A stretch of DNA of 63,203 nucleotides, filler included, from Reticulomyxa filosa (GCA_000512085.1; 25 parts of 25 records of this genome joined end to end with filler, not necessarily neighbours in it), one strand, 5' to 3'. Positions 40,562-52,740 are shown, counted from the first letter of the whole stretch. The notes: generated from the letters alone by a model not told the origin. Made by a program: numbers and translations.

Positions 40562-41637
40562 ATGACATTAGCCTCAGAAGATGCAGAATCTCAAGATTAT
40601 ACAGAAACGTTGACCCGAGCACGGGAATCGTTGATAGCGTTTGATGCGGAAGTGTTCAAAAGGTATTTGGTGACAAAGGACCGAGCAAAGTTTGCAGTGG
40701 GCAAGAGTATAAAGTATCTGGAGATACTGCACGACGGGAAAGTGCGTGTGCGAGACGCAAAGACGAGTCATTTGGATGGAGTGATAAGCGATCCATCGAA
40801 GGCGTTGCAGAACGTGGAGAATTCAGATAAAGTATTGTGGGAAGATAAGAAGAAGAACAAGTCACGTCAGTTTAAGTTTTCGACAGCGGAAGAGAAGAAG
40901 GAATTTTTCGAAGAGTTGAAAAAGCGAGATAATAAAGATAAGCATAAGCAAAAGACGAAAGACAAGCATAGCGTGGAAAGTTTTAAATTTTTGCCGCACG
41001 AGGAGTACGTATCGTTGATCTATCCTGCGATTGTGCGGCGTCGACGAGATCGAGGAGACGAAAGCAAATGGAATGAGTATACGGACAAGTTGGTTGCGAT
41101 AACGAATTATCGCATCGTAGTGGTGGAGACATATGGTCACACGGAGATTCAAAAGCAGCTGCAGGACGATGACAAGGTGATTGCAGCGTTGGAAGTGGTG
41201 CACATGTGCGTGATGTCGATGGAATGCGCGCAGGACATGGTGGTGACATTTCACACCAAAGACCTGCGCACAGTGCAGTTGGACTTATCTCTCAACGCAG
41301 TGAAAGAGCGTCAGCAGAACATTAAGTTTATCAAGCAGTACATCTTCCCGACTAAGGATAGTGAGATCTTCGCTTTTGCGCAGTGGAGCGTATTGCAAGA
41401 GAAGGCACAAAAGGAGAGGAATCGCACACCCAAGTCATCGGATGTGGACGTGCAGCCAGTAGTAGTAGCAGCAGCAGCAACAGCAGCAACAGTAACAGCA
41501 GCAGCAGCAACAGCAGCAACAACAACAACAACAACAACTGTAAAAAAACAACAACAACAACAACAACATGTAACATCAAACTCTTCGTCATTAGGAAATA
41601 TGAATCTAACAGGGATTAATGCATCATTATTACCAAT

Positions 41638-41707
<70 letters not shown>

Positions 41708-41710
41708 CCA
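40562..41710 (+). CDS. Myotubularin-related protein, N-terminal part (PH-like + PH-GRAM), 3' truncated
   Basis: FLPHEE...LVAITNYRIV...FHTKDLRTVQL...IKQYIFP...IFAF is the MTM PH-GRAM signature. The phosphatase domain lies beyond the contig end. Confidence 0.8.
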
Positions 41711-42045
41711 NNNNNNNNNNNNNNNNNNNNNNNNNNNNNNNNNNNNNNNNNNNNTTAATTAATTAANNNNNNNNNNNNNNNNNNNNNNNNNNNNNNNNNN
41801 NNNNNNNNNNTTTTAGCTCACTGGGGACTCCCAGGTTCCTTCAACGTTCAGATATTTATAGGGCCTTGCCCTACATGTTCGTGCATATTTTTGTTAAAAG
41901 GTAATTTATAAATTTTAAATATTGATTACGCTTGAGCAGTTTTATCTTGGATTGCCAAGTACTACACATTTCAATGTCTGATGAGTTTTGATCATGAAAT
42001 TGATGCTTGAAAAACAAAGGCCCAATAGAATAATAAAAAAAAAAT

Positions 42046-43863
42046 TCAATCGTTTATAACAAAGCAATCACTCATCACTTGAAAAAAAGTAATTTCAAAT
42101 CCTAAATTTTTTAACACATTTTCCAATGTTTCCTTTTGGTCAAACATCTCAGTTTTTAAAAAGATCAAGCTGGTACGAGATAAAGTGTGTAAAAATATTA
42201 ATGCAATGAAACACCATTCTTTAGGAGATAAATGTGGAATACTATTACGAAATGTGAAAGTGTTAATAAAAGATTTACATTCTGTTACTATCAAGCTGGT
42301 TTTGGAGGCATGGATATGAAATTTTTTCAAAAGTCCGTTCAAATAAGGTAACATATTTTCAAGCAATGCATTTAACCTCAAACGTGTGTCTCTGTCGACA
42401 ATCGGAAGCGCATAGTTTTTGTATCCTGATGTGGATGCATTGGAATTACGATAATGCTTAAGCCAGTGCATAGTTTCTTCAGACAGCCAAGAGAGCAAAA
42501 ATCCTAACAATTGCGCATTTCGACTAAGTTGTTGATACATGTCATTATGACGTTCCTCTTTTGTCATTTCACTCTTCTTTTTCTTCTCTTTGTTTTCTTT
42601 ATCGTCTTTACTGTCCTTGTTTTCCTTGTTCTCGTGCTTGTCCTTCGAGCTCTGATTCTGGTCCGAGTCCTTTTTTGCCGACTCTGATTTCTCTACAGTT
42701 GCTTTGTTTTCATTGGCATTGACACAAGCATTCTCGTGTGTTTCAGTTTTGCCAAGTTCCGAAGGATTTTTTTCCACGCACTCTCCAACCAAGGGAATGG
42801 TTTTTTCTCCTGAGATTGGATGTTGTTTGTTGTAGAAAGGAGATGTTGAGAAAAGCAGCTCACTTCTTTTGAACTTTGGGTTTGAGATTGTGGTTGTGGT
42901 TGTGGTTGTGGTTGTGGTTGTGGTTGTGATTGAGATTGAGATTGAGATTGTAACTGAGACTGTGATTGTGACTGAATTGGAGTTTGAGATGAGCCTTTTC
43001 TACGTGCATTAACGGGTTTTTCCATTTCTTGAGATTATTTGTGGGTTGTGTCATTAATGAATTATTGGTATTGTTATTATTATTATTGCTGCTACTTAAT
43101 ACGGTACTACTTTCACCTCGAACAGAAGCGTTGGCAGCCAGTTCGCTCGCTTTTTCAACGCATATTGACTTTGCTGCTTTGGTATTTCCGCAGACGTATC
43201 TTGGGTCAATTGTTCGCATACATCAGCTGCGACATGGGGAAACACCACCGGAGGTGCTTTTTCAGTTTGCGATTTTGCGGCGTCGTTGGCTTGTTTTTGT
43301 TGCGCTTTTTCCGTAATTTTTACTCGGCTGTGATACCAACTAAATATCAATGTAATGCATTGTTGCACTTTCGAAGGACAGCCGTTGAACGGTAGAGATG
43401 CGTCTTCCAATTGTGCGGCATAAGCTTTGGATGCCATTAAACATCGGTCACTGCAATATTCGGTAGGGACTCGTTTCATTATTTTTTTGTGTTTTATATC
43501 GAGTAGATAGGGCGATGCTTCGCCTGTATTGCTTTTGCTAGTTAAAGCTGAAGACTGGCCATATGCATTGGCTTGGAGACACAACAGGTTCGGACAAGTT
43601 GGCAATCCGCAATAGTTGGAAATGTTCCGTTCTCCAACAATCTCTTGATATAACGCCGGCGTAAACACATGTTTGCTGGCTTCGAACACTGGACCTGGTA
43701 CGTAATAACCTTTTTTCTGGGCTTGATTTGGATGATATCTCTCATCCAAATCCTTTGTCGGAGCAATAAATGCATACTGCAAATTCAAGATCAATCTCTC
43801 TTTTTGGATGTTTGTGTCCATTGCTTTATAAAACCAACGTTCAAATACTGGGAGAATGTACAC
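42046..43863 (-). CDS. RPAP2: RPAP2/Rtr1 RNA polymerase II CTD phosphatase homologue, with three apparent frameshifts in the linker
   Basis: TPALYQEIVGERNISNYCGLPTC...EYCSDRCLMASKAYAAQL; C-terminal LS..AQLLGFLLSWLSEET and TFTFRNSIPHLSPKEWCFIALIFL. The start is uncertain. Confidence 0.9.
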
Positions 43864-44954
43864 AAATAATAAAAACGCACTTGAACAAAGCTGTAACAGT
43901 TTGCAAAAAAAGACCGTCTATTATACCACTTTAGGAGATATTTATACAAACAAACATTTAACCCTACTTTTTTTAAACGAAATCTATACATTATTTTTGT
44001 AACCAGTTTCGGATATGTGATTTTTTTAAATAGTTTTAATTTAGAAATCATGACCGATTTCTCGTTGGAAATGGATTGTTTGTAGTAACGCAATGCTTGT
44101 TGTAATGATTAGTGTAAAAGTTATTATTATATCTATTTTTAGTACTATTCTGCTTTTGCATAATTTGTTGCTTTGACTATTGTTTTAAATCAACAGCGAC
44201 ATTAAAATTATATTTAAAAATATGATAAATCCAACAAAAAAAAATGCTTAAAAAAATTGTGCAAAAATGTCCATTAAAAAGACATTGCACATTTAAAAAC
44301 GCACAGGTTTGTTTACACAGCAAAAAAGTTCAAAGCATGTTTAAAAAATCAACAATAAATACATTACAATTAGCAACTTCATCATTAGAAATATTGAAAA
44401 TATTTATAAAAGTAACATCATAAGTTTGCCATTTTATTTGCCAACTTGTAGTAGAATTGTGAACCAAACGTTAAGTGTAACAAAAGTTTATTGTTAGGAC
44501 AAAGTTTTTACTAACAATGAAATTGAATTTAATATGAAAAATAAACCAAAAATAACAAACAAAATAAGAAATGAGAAAGTGAAGAAGTAAGTTTTAGAGA
44601 AAGAGTTCTAGTATCTTATCTAAGTGTTTTTCAATGCATCATCATTAGTTGCCTTGCTTTACTGGAACATTGTGTTTTTGATTTTAATTTTTGCATTGTT
44701 TTAAAAACGCAATATATTTCTACAACGTTTAGATAAATCTAAAACATTAAGCAAACAAGAGAAGGCATTAGTTATTTATATCTGAGTAGACACTTTAGCT
44801 TCGCACTACAAAAAAAGAAAATAAAGGAAAGATAGCATTAATTCTGTTTATATTACTACCAAAGTAAGCATTTAATCCACAAAAAAGGACGGTCGAACGC
44901 AGGCTTTAAAAAACAGGGTAACAAATAATTGTGGTGTCCAAAGAACATTATAAA

Positions 44955-46478
44955 ATGTCTTATCGAAAAGATATTGATTTGGATAAATTGTTCAGTGTGA
45001 TGGTGTTGAATATTAGCTATCGAACACAAAAAGAAGATTTACACAAATCGTTTGATAAGTTTGGTAAAATCGCGGACATTTATATCCCAAAAGACATTCA
45101 CGGGGAGTCGCGAGGATTTGGGTTTGTAAGATATTATGACAGTGCAGATGCCGAAGACGCGCTGGCAATGGACGGAAGTTCAGTGGATGGTCGTCGAGTG
45201 GGTGTCCAAATGGCCAAATATGGTATGTACTTTTTTTTTCGTTTTTGTTTTCGTCAATATTAAAACTTGTTAAAAAAAAACGGCGTAGGACCTCGTCATG
45301 GTCGTCGAAGTTCACCACGTCCAATGTATGTATAAAAACGAAAGGGATGGGCACAAAAAGAGGGAGAGAAAGGGGCAGAAGAGCAAGAGGGGGAAAAAAA
45401 AGGTAAAATGATTGGAAGAATTTTTTTATTATTTTTTTGTGGTTATCCAGTGAAGACGACAAAGAGCCATTTTTGCGCTCCGTGTGGCTCCTTTGCTTTT
45501 GCTTTGTCCCTTTGTTTGCCTGAATATAACAAACCATACATTTGGGTTCCTTTGGCTGGTCAGAAAGGAAGAAAGTGTCCTGCGATGCCATTTTTTTGTG
45601 TTGACTTGGTTGTCGCGGAGAACCAAGAAAATTTTTTGATAAACTACGGATGACCTGGCATGCCTGCAAGCTGTAACACGCCAGGGCAAAGAGATTTTTA
45701 CCACTTGTTGTCGTCATTTGCAAAAGAGAATGGGAGAAGGGGACGGGTGAGAGGGGACACTTAAAAAAAAAAAACTGGGTAACACCAATCATACATACAC
45801 AATAACGCTCTTATTAACATTTGAGATCTTTTTCCAGGAGACGACGCCGCAGTAGATCACCAAAATTTGGTCATAGCCGAAGAAGAAGAACAAATTCAGT
45901 AAGCAAGTAAGTTTTTTTGTATGCGCGAATAACCGCCGAATTTATTTTTTTTTAGGAGAGGAACAACAAAAGCGGAAACAAATCTAATACTGACAAAATA
46001 AATGTCTAGGAGTCGATCTCGTTCACGGGAAAGACGAGAAAAACGGGAAGGACATTTCCGAGAAAGGCGTTCACGTGACAGACGATCTCGTGACCGACGC
46101 TCTCGTGAAAGACGTTCTCGTGGATCGTATCGCTCAACTTCGAGACAGAGCTCCAAATCACCAAACAGGTAATGTGTTTCTATTTTTTTTTTATTACTCT
46201 TTTTTGGAATTTAAAAAAAAATTGTTGATAATATTGCGTTGATAAATAGTGACAAATACAAAAGTTCGCGCAGACACCGAGATAATTCTCATTCTTTGTC
46301 TTACCCTTCTCGTGGAAGAGATACAGAAAAAAATGGAACAACAGACAACAAAGATCAAAGAGACGAGACCAATTTGAGTGGTTTGAATGGTCAACAACAA
46401 ATCACAAACGTAATTACTGCAAATGAGAAAAAAAATGATTTGGGGGAGAAGGGTGCTACCAATGATAATTCTTTTTGA
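44955..46478 (+). CDS. SRSF2: SR splicing factor, SRSF2/SC35-like; join(44955..45222,45289..45325,45838..45906,46010..46168,46250..46478)
   Basis: RRM SVMVLNISYRT...FDKFGKIADIYIPKD..GESRGFGFVRY...DAEDAL.MDG..VDGRRVGVQMAKYG followed by an RS domain; the exon phases are consistent. Confidence 0.92.
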
Positions 46479-46825
46479 ATAATTTAAAACATGTTTTACA
46501 AATAGTCCAAATCAAAAAAGAAAACTGTTGGCTTGTTTTCTTTTGCCCACAAATATTGCGTGTGTTGTGTGATGTTTTTATTTTCTCGTCTTTTTGGCTG
46601 GAAAGCCTTATTAAAATTATTCGGTTTGCTCGCAAAATTATCAAACCAATACAATTCTTTCGACAATTTAAATACTTTATAACTTTTTGTCTGACTAGTC
46701 AAATATTGGGTTTTGTTAAAGAAGTCACGAAATCTTTTTTTCCTATTATCCAAAAGTACCTTCCGTTTGCAACGAAAGACAGGAAATAAAACAACAAAAA
46801 AGTAAGGGTGGTCTCCGGCACATCA

Positions 46826-48447
46826 ATGCGCCTCTGTTGGATATTAGTGGCACAACTTATATTTGTTATTTCGACACATTCTGAGGAAACAAGCACGTGT
46901 CCTTTACCGTTAGTTAAAACCCACCATGCAACTTTTGAGGACAACTGTGGATTATATTGTCACCGAGATTTGTGGACATCGGCAGATATGACAAGTAATG
47001 AAATAAAAATAGTGAACTTGATATACTTGTGTGTGCTGTCATTGTCACTCGTGTGCAATGTAATATTTCTGATAAACAACATTAGTGAGCATATAGAGAA
47101 AAGGGAATCATTTCGCACATCGACAGTGTCCTATGACGCATTATTTTTTTGTAACATAGCCTATTTCTTAGTATATATTCCATTATTAGTTCCACATTTG
47201 ACACAGGCTCTAATCAATGATCGGTACTCCACATTCGTGTGTAACTCTGGCATGTTAAAAACAAAGCGAGACAAACAACAATTTTTGAAAATAATTCTGT
47301 GAACAAATAGACGTAGGATTGTATGATCAATAAATATGGATGTTTATGATGTGTATATGTATAAACATGAAAGACGAGAAAACATTGGCAATAAAAGTTC
47401 CAAATATGAGCAATAATCAACTTTGTAGCATATTCGGAGTCGTGTTGTGCACGGGATATTTGGCGGGATTGTATTACATGTTCGTGCTGTGTATAAACCT
47501 GTGGTTTCGAACATGGATGCCATTGTTTAAATTGGGGATTCCAAAGCGGATTGTCCACGTTGGAGGATTTATTATTGTTTTGGCGGCTGACTTTGTCATC
47601 ATTACATTCGTTCGTTATATTATATATAAATATATGTTTATATAAATATGTATATATGTGTACACAAAATTGACGAACAAAAGAAAATGTTTGTTTTTTT
47701 TTTGGATAGAATGGAATCCAAGCATATCAAAACAACGGGATATGTTTTTTAAGGAATGAGCTTTGGCTAATCGTGGTATTTGGGATTGGACCGACATTTG
47801 CATTGGCAGTGGTTTGTGCATTGACAATGTCGTACACAGTCCGCATGTTACATGCAGAATTGAAATTGGTTCGAATTGCCCGACTAGTTGCCAATGACTT
47901 GTCTAATCTGATCTATCGACTGATAGCCTTTGCATTGCTGTGCGTACTCCCCGCATTGGCAGTACTTTGGTTTGGCGTGTCTGTCGTCCTCCATTCGCGC
48001 GCCAATAGTCAATCGCAAGACAAGTGGCTGACGTGCACGCGATCACAGCTCTCTCCCAACGCCACGGTGCTCACGCAGTCAGCCGTCGACCGTTGCGTTC
48101 GAACCACCTACTCGACCACCTCTTTGATTCTCAATGTCTTGGCCTATGCGTCTCTCCCAATGTTTTTTCTTTGCAAGTTTGTTTGCTTTTTTTTTTGCTT
48201 GTGTTTTTGGAAGCCACGTGCAAAAATATTATGTGCCACCAATGTAATAGTAACATCGCAGTGCTGCTGTTGACCTGTCATCGGAGAACAAAGGACCGAT
48301 GGCATCGCTTTCGCGCTAGCGTAGAAAAACGTCTGATAAAGACACTGGGCTTTGGAGATATTAGTGAGGAAAATGAAACCGTTGAGTATTTCGAAGACAC
48401 ACTGACTGCCAATGACCACAAACTTATTACTATCGATCCGCCGTTAT

Positions 48448-48500
<53 letters not shown>

Positions 48501-49712
48501 GAGAATGATAGCATCGTCGTAGTAAAAACAACGGTGAGATCAGCAAATGCCGAAAGCGGCAGTGGCGGCAACCTGCCAAAGAGTAGTCCATTTGACAAAA
48601 AAGCAAAGAGCGAAGGAGATGAGCCCGACTCAAAGTCTCCAGGAGATTTCGCCAGAGGTAATCGTTCCTTGAAAAGTCATTTACGCGAGGTAAGCGACTT
48701 TGCCGCCAATCTTAGCAAGCGTCCTGAAACCCGTGATAACGCATCGCAACTCCTTCAATCTGTGGTATATCTTTCTGTCTTCTTCCTTTCTCTGTTCACG
48801 CGATTGCCATTTGTCTTTGCATAAACGTATGTTCTGTACACACATATAATTGGTTGATTTGTGCATACACCAAATGATGGATAGGACAATGATCCAAAAC
48901 ACTCTGGAATGGAACCACAAGTTGATCCAAGTACAAATGTGACGACAGAGCCACAGAAATGGATGAATCAATCATCTGCGTCTCCCAAAAATGGACAAAG
49001 TGTTGTGATAAGCTCGAATCTCAAAATGATTGAATTTCACCAGTTTTTGGACGAAGCCGTAGACGACTCCAAACTCACTCGACATCACACTGATGGCATA
49101 TTGTTGCGAAATCGTGCCTCCGAAAAAAGCGCAAGCTCCAAAGCTTCCGGAGTCGGCAACGGACTAAACACCGCTCCTCCAACGGGATCGGAGGTGTCCC
49201 CTTCCGGGACCGGCAGGAGTTCCCGCACGCTCGGAGACGCTGTGAGTGGGGTTGTCATCGATGCCAGCGAATTCGAAATAACACACGACTCGAAAGGGCA
49301 AAGGTCTCTCAAAAAAGTCCAAACCGAAACTTTTCATCGCACACACACGTCATTTCAAGAGGACGAAGAAAGATATTTGAAAGTTTCTTTTTTTTCCTAT
49401 AATTTTTGATTAAGGAAGATTAAAGAGAAGGAGCAATTTTTTTTTTTTATTATTAATAATAAGACATTGTTGATATGTATATCTGCATGTGTGCATGTGC
49501 GCGTGTGTGTATGTGGGGAAAAAAAAGTCAGTGGAACAACGAGTAAAGTTTTGGCTAGAGTTTTATGGTATTGTGTTTGGAAAAACACTGCCACATGGCT
49601 CTCCTTTTCAAAGCTTCCCTTCCTCACGCAATCCTACTGTACGCTTTATACGAAGTCCGACGCAATTCGAACCTATTGAATTGAAATTCGATGCCGAAGA
49701 AATAATGTCGCC
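46826..49712 (+). CDS. Frizzled/Smoothened-like 7TM receptor lacking the CRD, long C-tail, 3' truncated
   Basis: Signal peptide, CPLPLV..CGLYC linker, 7 hydrophobic helices, ECL Cys pattern (FVCNSD..LCSIFG, NGICFL, WLTC..DRC) and TKDRW after TM7; multi-exon. Confidence 0.78.
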
Positions 49713-49988
49713 TGTCTGTTTCTTTTTTCCACTTTTTTTTCATATCTTTATTTGCTCTTCTCTTCAACAACAATCACAACGATAACGACAANNNNNNNNN
49801 NNNNNNNNNNNNNNNNNNNNNNNNNNNNNNNNNNNTTAATTAATTAANNNNNNNNNNNNNNNNNNNNNNNNNNNNNNNNNNNNNNNNNNNNTATAATCCT
49901 CGTATCCCAATTGAATTGCAATAATGATAATATCATTTTGGATACCATTGAATGAGTTAATAAATTATTGTAATAAACAGACCAGTGG

Positions 49989-50345
49989 ATGGGATTACTC
50001 ATATCATCAATCAAAATGGAATTTTATTGTAATAATGAAGATATTGCATATCCTTATTCGAATAACAATGCTTTCCAACATTTAAAAAATGAAAATTCAT
50101 GCAATGGTCATTACACTGTTCTGTTTTTCATAAAGCAGCATGATCAGGAATTGAAACTTATATTGCAGCATAATCTTCACATTGACATAAATAATTTATT
50201 CAATGAATATCGACAAACTCCATTACATTTGGCAATCAACAACAAACATTGGAATGCCGCACGGTATTATATTGAAAAAGGAGCATGGATTGAGGTCAGA
50301 GAGAGAATGCTGTCATATGCTTCCATTTTGAAAACCCCTTTTTGA
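49989..50345 (+). pseudogene. Ankyrin-repeat fragment, probably pseudogene
   Basis: QTPLHLAINNKHWNAARYYIEKGAWIEVRE; flanking frames are disrupted. Confidence 0.65.
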
Positions 50346-52740
50346 AAATATCATGGAATTGATTATGAAACACAAAAATGACAAAAATAATAAAGACTAT
50401 TTAGATGCAATGAACATATGCTAATGGATATTAAAACAACGAACCATATATCTAATAAAGAGAATTGAATATGCAATTGATTATGTGAAAAATAAATTGG
50501 TTGATGAAAGGTGGTATTATCAAATTCATTGATATGAGATATTATTGCAAGAAGATGCGATTTTCTTATTGGGGAGTAAGTCAGAATGATTTTGAAAGAG
50601 ACAGTAATCAAAAGTAATTTGTTGTATTGGATAGCAAGTAGAAATGCAATGATTATAGTAAATAAAAAAAGATTTGATGAAGGATGGCTTGAATATTTTT
50701 ATCATTTGAAATATGCTCAATTGAATATCTCTAAATAGAATTTTGCAATTGTATTTCAATTTTTTTTAACATTTTGCTTTTGGATCACCTATCAATTTGT
50801 TTCATTTTTGTTATTGCACAATGGGATGTAATTGACTTGCTTTGATAATACCACTCTGTAAATAAGTTAAACGAATGATAGAAGAAACATTTGTTGCAAT
50901 TCTAATTGTTTAGAAAGTGGTATTGCATCAAGTTCTTGCACGAATGTACAAAAAGAAAACATAGTTGATTTCAATACGTGTGCTTGCTGAATGCTGGTAC
51001 TGTTATTTGCTCAAATAGTGGAGCGTGTTTGAGCAAATGAAGTACATTCATATGCCACATACCTTTTTGTGTGTTTATTGAATGATTGCAATTGTTGATA
51101 AAATTCCCAAAGCGAATCATTTTACTTTGTGATAAAGAACAAATGATATTCCTACTATAATATGAACATTTTACACAATTTGTAATATACGTATGATTGA
51201 ATTTGTTTATACATTATATAATTCTTGATAATGAAATCATATCGAATGTAATAAATATNNNNNNNNNNNNNNNNNNNNNNNNNNNNNNNNNNNNNNNNNN
51301 NNTTAATTAATTAANNNNNNNNNNNNNNNNNNNNNNNNNNNNNNNNNNNNNNNNNNNNGAGACATTCCATTCAATGGACCATTTCTGTGACTGATATGAA
51401 TCAATTGACTCGATTGATCATTTATCGACACAATTGAATGTGGGAGTCCGGATATCATTGCTGATATACAAACTCTGCTGTTTGCGAGTCCTCCTTCTTC
51501 TTTTTTTTTTTCTTCGATCTACTGTCGACGAACATATCTTTGTGGTTTGTGGTAAAGACGTACATGCGTCTTCCACATGAGCCGATGGAAAGGGCAATGA
51601 CTGAAATCAGTTGCCGGCATGACCATAATACCCATCAATATCAATGGTAATACGTGTACTCTGCAGACCCCACAGACGAGTGTGGTGATGCCGTTGGCCA
51701 AGCAGAATCATGATCCACTCCTACTGTCGATTGGCACGGGGCCCAAGTCGGCGACGAGTTTTGCGCAAGTGTGTTGTGAAGTCTCGAGCAGTATTGGCAT
51801 TGCAATGAAACACATTCTGTTCGGCCAACTCGTCGATTTCACCAAAAAGAGCAAGCACTACACGACGATGACGACGTGAGCTGCAATGGATGGAATATGA
51901 TCGATATTCTACATGACACAGATCAACGCGAAAAGAATTAACTTTTGTCTGCGTTTACAGCCAACGTATCATCTTGGAAACACACTTTGGTACTTTTTAC
52001 TGTTTTCATTTATATGCACGTAATGTATGTATGTGTAAATGTATGTATACGTAAAAAAAGATGAAAGTAAATAAAGACAATGCCTTGATAAACAAAGGAC
52101 ACAAATCCATTCGGTCGTTTGGAAGTGAAAGTCGGCTTGCTCACGTACAGAATGAAACAATATGTTTCGTTTGCAACACCATTGTGTTTGAACTCTTTGT
52201 TGGTGCGGCTTCCGATTATTTACACCGAAAACAAAGACGTATATTGCCAACGAAGGCCTATTACAAATCCCATCAACTCTCGAGTGGGCTTTGAATCAAA
52301 AAATATTACGTGCTCCACACCCATTGATCTAAGTCAATGCAAGCATCTGAGTGGAATAAGATTTTTATGGTTTTATATCCAAACTTTTTTTCTTTTTTTT
52401 TTTTTTTGTCGTTACTGACTGTGATTTTTCACATTAGATTAATTTTTTTAAAAAATTTTAATCTTTAAATTCATAACATTATTTAGACTGCAATGTTAAA
52501 AAAATTTTCTTCCACACACAATAAATTAAAAACTGCTTTGCAAAGTCATTTTTTATGCANNNNNNNNNNNNNNNNNNNNNNNNNNNNNNNNNNNNNNNNN
52601 NNNTTAATTAATTAANNNNNNNNNNNNNNNNNNNNNNNNNNNNNNNNNNNNNNNNNNNNTATTATTATTATTATTATTATTATGTGAGACTGCAGGCAGA
52701 TATGTGCAAGTAGAGATGTTGTTTTTTTTTTTTTTTTTGA

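Noticed and set aside
43863-44955. RPAP2 and SRSF2 divergent pair as a Pol II/splicing cluster
   Set aside because: The gap is over 1 kb, the RPAP2 start is uncertain, and divergent neighbours are common.
45645-45695. SECIS- or TPP-riboswitch-like hairpin (ATGAcctggc...gccagg)
   Set aside because: It has no 3' GA of the SECIS quartet, is not in a 3' UTR, and lacks the CUGAGA/ACCUG TPP core. It is kept only as a generic stem.
45013-45792. 259-aa minus-strand ORF and many similar antisense ORFs
   Set aside because: They are shadows of real genes or low-complexity introns on the opposite strand, with no recognisable domains.
51359-52400. GC-elevated coding-like region
   Set aside because: There are multiple frame breaks and no family is recognisable, so no call can be supported.
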